Source: an uncultured Candidatus Rokubacteria bacterium (lineage in GTDB: Bacteria; Methylomirabilota; Methylomirabilia; Rokubacteriales; CSP1-6). Taken from it: a stretch of 64,000 nucleotides of DNA. The translations under genes were made by a program, and so were the position numbers. This document shows, one piece after another, positions 40,972 to 50,898 of this stretch (position 1 is its first letter; each line of letters starts with the position of its first letter). The notes beneath the pieces are model-generated. The model searched no databases. It was not told the origin of the DNA and was given only the letters and a program-made list of their open reading frames with translations. The stretch spans positions 311,384-375,383 of the forward strand of contig CAVWWD010000004.1 in the NCBI GenBank assembly GCA_963758635.1, written 5' to 3'.

Positions 40972-43397
40972 AGGAGGCAACGCCGTTGAGCGCGACCGCC
41001 TTCGATCGCTGGGCGACCGGCCATGGCCCGATCCGTCACAGCGAGGCCACGCGCCGGCGCGTGCGCGAGATGGTTGCCGCGCTCGAGGCCGCCGGCACGC
41101 GCGGCGACGGCGTGCCGGCGCTCGAGGTCCTCCACGCCGCCGACCGGATCGCCGCCGCCGCGATGTGGCTCGTCGTCCACGAGACCTACGCTCAGAGCGT
41201 GTACCTGGACGGCCGCGCGCTGCGGCCTGAAGACTTCAAGCTCGAGCCGGAGGGCCACACCGGCGGCGCGCTCAACATGGTGCCGGCCTACGTCGGCTAC
41301 ATGGCGGCCAACGCCCTCAGCGGGCTCACCCGGAGCTGGATCATGGGGCAGGGGCACTGCGTGGCCGCGGTGGACTCCGTCAACCTGCTCCTGGGCAACA
41401 TGACCCCGGCGCACGCCGCCCGCTACGACGTGACGGACGCCGGCCTCACCCGCTACGTCCGCGACTTCTACTCCTACCGGCTGGCCGAGGACGGCACGCA
41501 GGACTCCCCGCTCGGCAGCCACGTCAACGCGCACACCGCGGGCGGGCTCGCCGAGGGGGGATACCTCGGGTTCGTGGAGCTCCAGTACGTGCACATGCCG
41601 CTGCTGGGCGAGCGGCTCGTCGCGTTCCTGAGCGACGGCGCGTTCGAGGAGCAGCGGGGCAGCGACTGGGCTCCCCGCTGGTGGCGCGCGGAGGACAGCG
41701 GGCTCGTGGCGCCGATCATGATCGCGAACGGGCGCCGGATCGATCAGCGGACCACGATGGCCCAGCAGGGCGGGATCACGTGGTTCCTCCGGCACCTCCG
41801 GCTGAACGGCTTCGACCCGATCGTGTTCGACGGCAGGGATCCCGCCGCGTTCGCGTGGGCCATCCTGGAGATGGAGCGGCGGCTCGAGGGCGCCGCGGCG
41901 ACGGTCGCGTCGGGCGACGCGCGCTATCCCGTGAAGCTGCCCTACGGCGTGGCCGTGGCGCCGAAGGGCGCGGGCTTCTACGGCGCGGGAACGAACCTCG
42001 CGCACAACCTGCCGCTCGGCGGGAATCCCCGCGCGGACGCCCAGGCGCGGCGGCGCTTCAACGTCCACGCGCGGAAGCTGTGGGTCCCGGCGGCCGAGAT
42101 CGAGGCGGCGGCGCGCGCGCTCCAGCATCACGACGCCGCGGGGCGACCCCGTGAGCGCGATCATCCGCTGGCCGTCCGGCAGGTCCGCCTCGACCGCGCG
42201 CCCGATCCGCAGTATCGTCCCGTCCCCGAGGACCGCACGGACCGCGCCCGCTGGACGACGAGCTGTCCCATGACCGCGGTCGACCGCGAGTACCTCGGCC
42301 TCGTGCGGGCCAACCCCCGGCTGCGCCCGCGGGTCGGCAACCCCGACGAGATGCGCAGCAACCGGATGCAGGAGACGCTCGACGCCCTCAAGTTCCGGGT
42401 GACCGCCCCCGAGGAGGGCATCCCCGAGGCCGTGCTCGGGGCCGTGATCACCGCGCTGAACGAGGAGGCGGTGGCGGCAGCGGCGCTGGGCAACAAGGGC
42501 GGGATCAACATCGTCGTCACGTACGAGGCCTTCGGGGCGAAGATGCACGGCGCGGCCCGGCAGGAGATCATCTTCTCGGACCACGCGGCCGCCGCCGGGC
42601 GCCCGCCGGGCTGGCTCTCCGTGCCGCTGGTGCTCACGTCCCACACCTGGGAGAACGGCAAGAACGAGCAGTCCCATCAGGACCCGTCGCTCGCCGAGGT
42701 CCTCATGGGCGAGCCCGCCAACGTCTCGCGGGTCGTGTTTGTCGCCGACCACAACAGCGCGGCGGCGGCCGTCCACGCGCTCTACCGGACGCAGGGCCAG
42801 ATCTGGACGCTGGTCGTTCCCAAGGCGTCGTCCATTCCCGACCTGTTCACGCCCGACGAAGCGGAACGCCTCGTCCGCGACGGTGGCGTGCGCCTGGAGT
42901 GGGCGGGGCATCGGGCGGGGGATGCCCGGGTGATCCTGTCCGCGGTGGGCGCCTACCAGCTCACGGAGGCCCTGCGCGCGTCGTTCCGGCTGGCCGAGCG
43001 AGACGTGCCCCACGCGGTCACCTACCTCTTCGAGCCCGCGCGATTCCGCGTTCCGCGCTCGGCGCGCGAGGCCGCCCACATGGCGGGCGACGACGTGCGG
43101 GCGCGTGTCTTCCCGGAGGGCGTCCCCGCGCGGGTGTTCCTGACCCACACGCGCCCCGCGACGCTGCTCGGCGTGCTGCACCCGCTGGGCACGACGGGGC
43201 GCAGCGTCGCGCTCGGCTTCGCCAACCAGGGCGGGACGCTGGACACCCCCGGCATGCTGTTCGTCAATGGCGCCACGTGGGCCCACGCCGTCGACGCGGT
43301 CGCCCGTCTCCTCGGCCTTGAACGCGGCGGGCTCCTCACCGAGGACGAGCGGGCCGCGCTGGACGGCCGCATCTCGCCCCAGCCGGCTCTCGGCTGA
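40968..43397 (+). CDS. Phosphoketolase (Xfp-like, TPP-dependent), divergent subfamily
   Basis: GH, GQGH, EGGYLG, SDGAFEE, PDEMRSNR, LNEE, YEAF and SHQDP motifs; GTGA overlap with ackA. Confidence 0.8.
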   Translation: MKEATPLSATAFDRWATGHGPIRHSEATRRRVREMVAALEAAGTRGDGVPALEVLHAADRIAAAAMWLVVHETYAQSVYLDGRALRPEDFKLEPEGHTGGALNMVPAYVGYMAANALSGLTRSWIMGQGHCVAAVDSVNLLLGNMTPAHAARYDVTDAGLTRYVRDFYSYRLAEDGTQDSPLGSHVNAHTAGGLAEGGYLGFVELQYVHMPLLGERLVAFLSDGAFEEQRGSDWAPRWWRAEDSGLVAPIMIANGRRIDQRTTMAQQGGITWFLRHLRLNGFDPIVFDGRDPAAFAWAILEMERRLEGAAATVASGDARYPVKLPYGVAVAPKGAGFYGAGTNLAHNLPLGGNPRADAQARRRFNVHARKLWVPAAEIEAAARALQHHDAAGRPRERDHPLAVRQVRLDRAPDPQYRPVPEDRTDRARWTTSCPMTAVDREYLGLVRANPRLRPRVGNPDEMRSNRMQETLDALKFRVTAPEEGIPEAVLGAVITALNEEAVAAAALGNKGGINIVVTYEAFGAKMHGAARQEIIFSDHAAAAGRPPGWLSVPLVLTSHTWENGKNEQSHQDPSLAEVLMGEPANVSRVVFVADHNSAAAAVHALYRTQGQIWTLVVPKASSIPDLFTPDEAERLVRDGGVRLEWAGHRAGDARVILSAVGAYQLTEALRASFRLAERDVPHAVTYLFEPARFRVPRSAREAAHMAGDDVRARVFPEGVPARVFLTHTRPATLLGVLHPLGTTGRSVALGFANQGGTLDTPGMLFVNGATWAHAVDAVARLLGLERGGLLTEDERAALDGRISPQPALG

Positions 43398-43538
43398 GCG
43401 TGGCGCCTCCCGCGTGAGATGCCCCGCCGCTCAAAGCCGGCCGCGTGAGACCATGGGCCATCACATCACCTTCACGGAGGTCGCGATGGGCTCGATGACC
43501 ACGCAGGTGGAGCGCTCCCTGCCGTAGGAGGCTGACCG

Positions 43539-44858
43539 ATGGCTACTCGTCGCCTGACCCGCCGCTCCTTCCTGGGGACCTTCGCCGCGGGCGCGGCGGC
43601 CGGACCCTTCGTCGCCACGCCCGCGCGGGCGCAGGGCTTCAGCTGGAAGCGCTTTGCCGGCAAGGAGCTGTTCCTGCTCCTGACCAAGCACCCGTTCATC
43701 GACGTGCTCGAGAAGCACATCCCGGAGTTCGAGTCGCTCTCCGGGATGAAGGTGAAGTGGGAGACGCTGCCGGAGATCCAGGCCCGCCAGAAGATGACGG
43801 TGGAGATGGCCGCGAACGCGGGCGGCATCGACGGCTTCTTCACCTCGCTCCACGTCGAGAAGAAGCGGTTCTGGAAGGCGGGCTGGTACCACCCGCTGAA
43901 CAAGTTCCTCCAGGATCCGTCGCTGACCAGCCCGGACTTCGACTGGAACGACTTCTCGCCCGGCGCGCGCGCCGGCGTGACCCAGCCGGACGGGAGCATC
44001 TCCGCGCTGGCCGCCTTCATCGACGCCAACGTGTTCTTCTACCGGAAGGACCTGTTCGCGGCCAAGGGCCTCACCCCGCCGAAGACGCTCGCGGACGTCG
44101 AGCCCCTGGTGCAGAAGCTCCACGCGCCGCCCGCCGTGCACGGCATCGTGCTCCGCGGCCTCAAGAACGCGAACGCCACGCAGTACCCGAGCATCCTCTT
44201 CCAGATGGGCGGCAGCTACGTGAAGGACGGCAAGGCCCTCCTCGACACGAAGGAGCAGGTGGCCGCGCTCGACCTCTACGCGAAGCTCCTGCGCCAGTAC
44301 GGGCCGCCCGGCGTGGTGAACTTCAACTGGTACGAGTGCTCGGCGGCGTTCATGCAGGGGCAGGTGGCCTGCTACATGGACGGCGTCAACTTCGCGAGCC
44401 AGTTCGAGGACGCGGCCAAGTCCCGGGTGGTGGGCAAGGTCGGCTACGCCGTGCTCCCGTCCGGGCCCGGCGGCCACTTCTCGCCGATCTACATCACGGG
44501 CCTGGCGGTGTCCGCCCAGAGCCGCAACAAGGAAGCGGCCTACCTCTTCTGCCAGTGGGCGACGAACAAGGCCAACGCCGTGCGCGAGCTGATGGCCGGC
44601 GTCGGCGTGGGCCGCACGTCCACGTGGGACAGCCCGGAGGTGAAGGCCAAGCCGAAGATGCCCGCCGACTGGTACCAGGCCTACCAGGCCTCGCTCAAGA
44701 TCGGGCGGCAGGGGCTGCCGGAGATCGTCGGGGTCACCGAGTACCGGGACATCATCGGCGTGGCCATCCAGAAGGCGATCGAGGGCGCGCCGGCCGCGCA
44801 GGTGCTGGCCCAGGCGCAGAAGGACTTCCAGGACCTGCTCAACCGCACCGAGAGCTAG
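43539..44858 (+). CDS. Sugar ABC transporter substrate-binding protein (Tat leader)
   Basis: TRRSFL leader, FYRKDLF motif, followed by two CUT1 permeases. Confidence 0.88.
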   Translation: MATRRLTRRSFLGTFAAGAAAGPFVATPARAQGFSWKRFAGKELFLLLTKHPFIDVLEKHIPEFESLSGMKVKWETLPEIQARQKMTVEMAANAGGIDGFFTSLHVEKKRFWKAGWYHPLNKFLQDPSLTSPDFDWNDFSPGARAGVTQPDGSISALAAFIDANVFFYRKDLFAAKGLTPPKTLADVEPLVQKLHAPPAVHGIVLRGLKNANATQYPSILFQMGGSYVKDGKALLDTKEQVAALDLYAKLLRQYGPPGVVNFNWYECSAAFMQGQVACYMDGVNFASQFEDAAKSRVVGKVGYAVLPSGPGGHFSPIYITGLAVSAQSRNKEAAYLFCQWATNKANAVRELMAGVGVGRTSTWDSPEVKAKPKMPADWYQAYQASLKIGRQGLPEIVGVTEYRDIIGVAIQKAIEGAPAAQVLAQAQKDFQDLLNRTES

Positions 44859-44868
44859 CCGCGCCGCG

Positions 44869-45772
44869 ATGGCTCCGGGCCCGGCGAGCGGCGCGGTCGC
44901 GCGCTGGGGGCACCGGCACGCCCGGTGGCTCTTCCCGGCGCCCGCGCTCGCCCTCGTGGCGGTGATCGTCGTGTACCCGATCGCCTACACGGTGTGGATG
45001 AGCCTCCAGGAGTGGACGGCGTCCAGCCTCACCCCGCCGCGCTTCGTCGGCCTCGAGAACTACGGCAAGATCGCCTTCGGCGACGCCCGCTTCCGCGAGG
45101 CGGTCGCGCGCACGGTCTACTTCACGGTCATCGCCGTGGCCGCGGAGACCGTGCTCGGCGTGGCGATGGCGCTGGTGTTCAACCGCGAGTTCTGGGGCCG
45201 GGGCCTCCTGCGCACGCTGGCGATCCTGCCGATGGTGGCCACGCCCACGGCCATCGCGCTCGTGTTCGTGATGATGTACCACCCGACGCTCGGCGTCCTG
45301 AACTACCTCCTCGGCGTGATCGGCCTCGCGCCGTTCCGCTGGACCTACTCGAGCCAGACCGTGCTGTACGCGCTGGCCCTGGTGGACGTTCTGGCAGTGG
45401 ACGCCGCTCATCATGCTGATCGCGCTGGCCGGGCTCGCCAGCCTCCCGCGCGAGCCGTACGAGGCCGCGCACCTGGACGGCGCCTCGCCGGCCCAGGCGT
45501 TCTGGCACATCACGCTGCCGCTGCTGCGTCCGGCCCTGGTGGTGGCCGTGCTCTTCCGGGCGATCGACGCGCTCAAGACCTTCGACATCATCTTCGTCAT
45601 GACGCAGGGCGGGCCGGCCAACGCGTCGGAGACCATCAACATCCTGCTGTTCAACCAGGCCTTCTCGTACTTCAACATGGGCTACGCCGCCTCGATGGCG
45701 GTGGCGCTGTTCGCGATCGTCATGGGGGCGTCGCTCGTGCTGATCAGGATCCGGAGGACCGCGACGTGGTGA
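44869..45772 (+). CDS. Sugar ABC permease; frameshift near 45390
   Basis: FVGLENY, YEAAHLDGA (EAA loop), ITLPLL and TQGGP motifs. Confidence 0.88.
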
Positions 45773-46599
45773 CGGGGGGCGCGCGGCGCCGCTGGTGGTC
45801 CACGGCCGGGTTCTACGGCCTCGCCGGCCTGTTCATGCTGCCCACGGCCTTCGTCTTCTACTGGATGCTGACGCTCTCGCTCAAGCCGCAGGTCGAGGCC
45901 ACCGCGTCGCCGCCGTCGTTCGTGCGCTTCAGCGTCACCACCGCGGGCTACCGCGAGGTGTTCACGAAGTATCCGTTCTTCCTCTACACGTGGAACAGCC
46001 TGGTGGTGGCGGCGGGCTCGACGGCGCTGGGCCTCGCCGTGGGGCTGCCCGCCGCCTACGCGATCGCCCGCTGGAAGCTCACGCGGCTGGCCGTGGTCAT
46101 CCTGGTCGCGCGCATCATCCCCGGGATCGCCTACCTGATCCCCTGGTACATCTTCTTCCGCCGGCTGCGGATGGTGGACACCTACGGCGCGCTGATCCTG
46201 ACCCACCTCATCGTGGGGCTGCCCATCATCATCTGGGTCATGATCTCGTTCTTCGAGGACCTGCCCGCGGACCTCGAGGACGCGGCGCTGATCGACGGCT
46301 GCTCGCACCTGGGCGTGTTCTGGCGGGTGGCGCTGCCGCTGGTCAAGCCCGGCATCGTGGCCACGGGCATCCTGTCGTTCGTGTTCTCGTGGAACAACTT
46401 CCTCTTCTCGGTGATCCTCGCCGGGCGCTCCACGCGCACGCTGCCCATCGCGGTGTTCAACATGATCTCCTACGAGGAGATCAACTGGGGCACGCTGGCC
46501 GCCGCCGCCACGCTGATCACGCTGCCCGTGCTGGTGGTGGCGCTCTTCGCGCAGCGCCACATCGTGACCGGGCTGACATTCGGAGCGGTGAAGCAGTGA
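45769..46599 (+). CDS. Sugar ABC permease
   Basis: LEDAALIDG, FSWNNF and GLTFGAVK motifs. Confidence 0.9.
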   Translation: MTGGARRRWWSTAGFYGLAGLFMLPTAFVFYWMLTLSLKPQVEATASPPSFVRFSVTTAGYREVFTKYPFFLYTWNSLVVAAGSTALGLAVGLPAAYAIARWKLTRLAVVILVARIIPGIAYLIPWYIFFRRLRMVDTYGALILTHLIVGLPIIIWVMISFFEDLPADLEDAALIDGCSHLGVFWRVALPLVKPGIVATGILSFVFSWNNFLFSVILAGRSTRTLPIAVFNMISYEEINWGTLAAAATLITLPVLVVALFAQRHIVTGLTFGAVKQ

Positions 46600-46600
46600 G

Positions 46601-46786
46601 TCACCGGCTCAGCTCGCAGTAGCCGTTGGCGATCTGCGGGCGCCACACGCCGTTGCTGCGCTGGCACTGGCGCTCCGGACTGTCGAGGTCGCCGTATCCG
46701 GCGCCGCCGTTGTAGCCGGTCGCGCAGCCCGTCGCCAGGAGCGCGGCGCCCAACCACAGGGCCAGGAGGCTCCGGAACGGGACCAC
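46601..46786 (-). CDS. Small putative lipoprotein (start uncertain)
   Basis: Hydrophobic leader with lipobox-like ATGC, then C.RSNG.W...C. Confidence 0.55.
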   Translation of the reverse strand: MVPFRSLLALWLGAALLATGCATGYNGGAGYGDLDSPERQCQRSNGVWRPQIANGYCELSR

Positions 46787-46922
46787 CGCCCGACGGCGAC
46801 CCGGCGCGCGGCTCGGAATCCTCGCATCTCCTTCTCCTCTCGTGAGCGCGACATGCGTCCTTTCGGTCAGGATACGCCCGCGTGCGAAGCGCTGCCTGTG
46901 GTCGGCGAGCGTGCGTGGCGGC

Positions 46923-47909
46923 TTACGCGTGCGCCGCGGGACCGATGATCCGCCGGAACGCTTCCACCTCTCGCGTGGGCAGGTCGCCGCCGCCTTCCAG
47001 CGTGTGCGCGGGGAAGAGGAACACGTGGTCCACGCCGGCCTCCTCGCGCGCGCGGAGCAGCCGGTCGCGGCAGTGCTCGGCCGGGCCGAACAGGCCGAAC
47101 GCGTCGCACGCTCGCGCGGCGACATCGTCGGAGAGCGTCGTCGGATCGTGGTCGTCGGGAAGCTCGATGCCCGCGTGGCGGAGCCAGTAGAGGTTGGCGG
47201 CGCTCGGGTAGGTGAGGAAGCTCTGGCCGGGCGCGAACCAGCGCTGGGGCCAGCGCCGCGGATCGTCGGCGCCGCCGTCGAGCGCGATCGTGACGATGAA
47301 GATGGTCGGGAAGCCGTCGAGCGATCGGCCGGCGCGGCGCGCCCCGGCCTCCAGGTGGCGGCGCGCCGCGCGGATCGCATCGGGGTGGAGGCCCACCATG
47401 AGCACGGCGCCGTCGGCGACCTCGCCCGCCAGCTCGACCATCCGCGGCCCCGCCGCGAGCAGGTAGACCGGCGTCGGCCGAGCGCTGGTGTTGGAGAGCC
47501 GGCTCGTCCGGCCCTCGAACTCGGCGGCCTCGCCCGCGAGCAGCCGCCGCAGCGCGAGGACGGCCTCGCGCATGAGCGCCACGCTTCCGCGGGGGCGGCC
47601 GATGGCCCGCGCGGCGAGGAAGCCCGGCGCCACCGTGAGGAGGACGCGCCCGGGGGCGATCTCCTCCAGCGAGTGCGTCGCCGAGGCCAGGAGGAGCGGA
47701 TGGCGCACCACCGGGCTCGACGTGGCGGGATAGAGGCGCAGCCGGCGCGTGCGCGCCGCGGCCAGGGCGAGCGTCACGTACACGTCGCGGCCGCGGTGCG
47801 GATGGTCGTGCACGCCCACGCCGTCGAGGCCGGCGTCCTCGCAGCGGGTGATGAAGTCCGCGACGCCGGGCACCGGCGCGCCCACGGGCACGCGAAGGTC
47901 GACCTGCAC
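46923..47909 (-). CDS. LLM-class (luciferase-like/Mer-like) flavin-dependent oxidoreductase
   Basis: VRHP, PGRV, YLLAAGPRM.ELAGEVADG and FGLFG motifs. Confidence 0.85.
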   Translation of the reverse strand: MQVDLRVPVGAPVPGVADFITRCEDAGLDGVGVHDHPHRGRDVYVTLALAAARTRRLRLYPATSSPVVRHPLLLASATHSLEEIAPGRVLLTVAPGFLAARAIGRPRGSVALMREAVLALRRLLAGEAAEFEGRTSRLSNTSARPTPVYLLAAGPRMVELAGEVADGAVLMVGLHPDAIRAARRHLEAGARRAGRSLDGFPTIFIVTIALDGGADDPRRWPQRWFAPGQSFLTYPSAANLYWLRHAGIELPDDHDPTTLSDDVAARACDAFGLFGPAEHCRDRLLRAREEAGVDHVFLFPAHTLEGGGDLPTREVEAFRRIIGPAAHA

Positions 47910-47911
47910 GC

Positions 47912-49242
47912 TCAGACCGGGCGGCGGTCGCGCGAGGCCGCCTCGCTCTCCAGCAGGAGGAGGCGGGCCGTGGCCTCGGAGCGGACGAACGCCACGTGCA
48001 TGCGCCAGTGATACGAGTCGGGCTGGCGGCTCCCCGGCACCCCGTCGCAGATCGCCTGGGCCTCGGTCTGCAGCCGCTCCAGCTCGCGGATGCCCGCGCG
48101 CAGCGTCTCCGGATCGCGCGCCACTTCCAGGCGGCGCTCCGTCGTCCCGGAGCAGGCCGTAGAGACGGCTGAAGCGCCGATCGATCCTCCAGCGCGCCAC
48201 CTCGGGCAGGAAGCGGACGGCGGGGATCCAGAGGATCAGCGACACCACGAACAGGCGCGCGAGCGACGTCCAGCGGAGCAACGGGTAAGGAAGCGTCCGC
48301 GAGAGGAACGACTCGCCGCTGGAGAGGTACACCTCCGCCGCCTCGTGCAGCGGCACGTCGACGCCCTCGCGGCTCGGGAAGCGCAGCGGCGGATCGATCA
48401 GGCTTCCCGGCCCGTGGATCGACTGGGCGATCTTCAAAATCTGCTCGACGACGCGCGGGTGGAGGTCCGCCCGGCACACGATGAGCGCCGCCGGCGACAG
48501 CAGGACCGTGTCGCTGGCCGGGATGTTGCGGCGGATGTCGAGGAGCCCCTCGTGGATCTTGATCGGCGTGAGCCCGGGGAACCGCCGCGCGTACGCCGTC
48601 TCGCGCCGGAAGCCGAGCAGCGTCACGTCCGGCTGCGCCACCAGCTCCTCGATGACCGGATCGCGGTACGACGCCACGAAGAACGACGCGTAGAGGGACC
48701 CGCGCTTGAGCTCGGCCCGCGCCTCGGCGTTGCTGAGCCGCACCACGTCCGGCGTTGCGGAGTCGATGCCGTGGTCGCGCAGGAGGGCCATCGCCACCGC
48801 CTCCGTGCCGCTCTGCGGCAGGCCGATGGAGATGCGCCGCCCCGCCAGGTCCGAGAGCGACGTCACGCGCGGGCCGCCGCGGTGGAAGACCCAGAGCGGC
48901 TCGAGGTAGATGGCCGCGATCCCGCGCAGCCGGCCCGCGGTGTCGTCGGCGAGCGCGTACGTCCCGCTCTGGGCGAACGCCACGTCCACCTCGCCGCGGA
49001 TCAGGCGCTGGAGGTTGTCGAGAGATCCGTTCGACGGGACGACGCTCCGTCCGGAGGCCGATGCCGCCGAGCCGCGTGGCGTACTGGGCGCCGAAGGTGG
49101 AGTAGCGCGCCGCCGCTCTGGCCCGTGGCCCAGCACGATGCTCCGCGGAGGCGACGGGCCGGTGAGCGACGTATCCCACCGCGACGGTGATGGCGACGAG
49201 GACGAAGACGATCACCCATCGCGGCCTGAGACGCATGGTCAT
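47912..49242 (-). CDS. TAXI-family TRAP solute receptor with C-terminal TM extension; frameshifted
   Basis: SNGSLDNL, AFAQSG, YLEPLWVF and ISIG..SGT motifs. Confidence 0.78.
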
Positions 49243-49276
49243 CTATCCGAGCGCGTCCATTCCCGCACGTCGGGCG

Positions 49277-50896
49277 TCAACGCCGGCGCTTGAGGTCGCG
49301 GAGGTCGACGGCGCCCGGGCGCCGTCGCGGATCCTCGCCGCGCGGGAAGATCTGCGTCTTCTGGACCTTCTGGGTCCCCGTGGTCGGCAGGCGATCCACG
49401 AACAGCACCCAGCCCGGCGCCTTGAAGTAGGCGAGGCGGTCGCGGCACCAGTCGGCGAGCGCGCCGGCCAGCGCGGGGTCGGCGACCGCGCCGGGCATGG
49501 GCACCACGCACGCCATGACCTCTTCCTCGCGGACCTCGTCCGGCACGGCGAGCACGGCCACCTGCGCCACCGCGGCGTGCGCCTGGAGGCAGGCCTCGAC
49601 CTCGGCGGCCGCGATGTTCTCGCCGGAGCGGCGGATGATGTTCTTCTTCCGGTCCACGAAGTAGAGCATGCCGTCCGGGGCCTGGCGCACCACGTCGCCG
49701 GTGTGGAACCACCCGCCGGCCCACGCCGTGTCGGTCGCCGCGGGGTCCTTCAGGTAGCCGGCGAAGAACCCGTGCCGCGGCCCCTCGGGCCCGCCCCAGC
49801 GCACCAGCAGCTCGCCCTCCGTGCCGTGCGGCACGGCGGCGTCCCCGTCGCCCACCACGCGCGCCTCGAGGCGTCCGTGCGGCCGCCCGAACGCGCGCGT
49901 GGCGACCTGGCGCGGATCGACGCGGTCGGCGAAGACCCGGCCCGTCTCCGTCATGCCCCACACCTCGATCAGCGGGAAGCCGAACCGGCGCTCGAACGGC
50001 TCGTGCAGCTCCGGCTCCACGCCCGCGCCGAAGCCGAAGCGCACGCGGTGCTGCGCTCTCCTCCGGCGCGACCGGCTGGTTCAGCAGGAGCGGCGGCATC
50101 ACGCCCAGGTAGTGGATGACGGTGGCCCGCGTCGCCACCACGTCGGGCCACCAGCGCCGGGGACTGAAGCGCTCGGCCAGGATCAGGCAGTTCGCGGTGA
50201 GCATGGCCGCGGTGGCCGACACGGCCTGGCAGTTCATGTGGAACAGCGGCAGCGGGTTGAGGATGCGATCGCGCCCGGGCTCGATCGCCGCGCGCCCGCC
50301 GAGGTCCCGATACCAGGCGCCCGCGTTCAGGTAGTAGAAGTTCGTCAGCACGCAGCCCTTCGGGCGCCCCGTGGTGCCCGAGGTGTAGAGGAGCCCGCAC
50401 TCGGTGTCGAGGCCCGGCGGGCCCGCGCGCGGCGCCGGACGCGGACGAGGCAGGCGCGCGGACCGTCCTCGGCGTTCACGACGGGCAGGGGAGCCTTCCG
50501 CTCCCGCGCGGCGGCCTCGAGGTCGCCGATGCGGCCGGGCAGGGACACGGCGAGGTCGGCGTCGGAGTGGTCGAGGAGGTAGGCGAGCTCGTCGTGGCGA
50601 TAGTCCGGGTTCACCGGGACCACGCCCACGCCGAGCGCGTTCAGCGCCAGGTAGTGGAAGAAGAACTCCGGACGGTTCTCCATCAGGATCGCCACGCGAT
50701 GGCCGTGGCCGTAGCCGGCCGCCGCGTAGCGATCCCGATGCGCCTGCACGTGGCCGAGCACCTGCCCGAACGAGTACTCGACGCCCGCCGGATGGTAGGC
50801 ACGATCGGCCGCGGGCGGCGCGCAGAGGAACGCGTGGTCCGGCGCGGCCGCGGCGGTGGCCGCGAACGCGTCGAAGACCGTGCGCGCCTCGGGCAC
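49277..50896 (-). CDS. AMP-binding acyl-CoA ligase (CaiC-like); frameshifted
   Basis: LYTSGTTGRPKG, WGMTE, GWFHTGD, RRSGENI and TGTQK motifs. Confidence 0.85.
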
Positions 50897-50898
50897 GC

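Noticed and set aside
39717..43397. Apparent 1226-aa fusion ORF, and similar ones at 30684-33368 and 46923-49136
   Set aside because: N-terminal parts are off-frame readthrough or frameshift artefacts; true starts are at 40968, 32004 and 47909
22674..50896. Programmed frameshifting or mass pseudogenisation
   Set aside because: Scattered single-base indels, also in the essential ftsQ, with no slippery-site pattern; sequencing error is the simpler explanation
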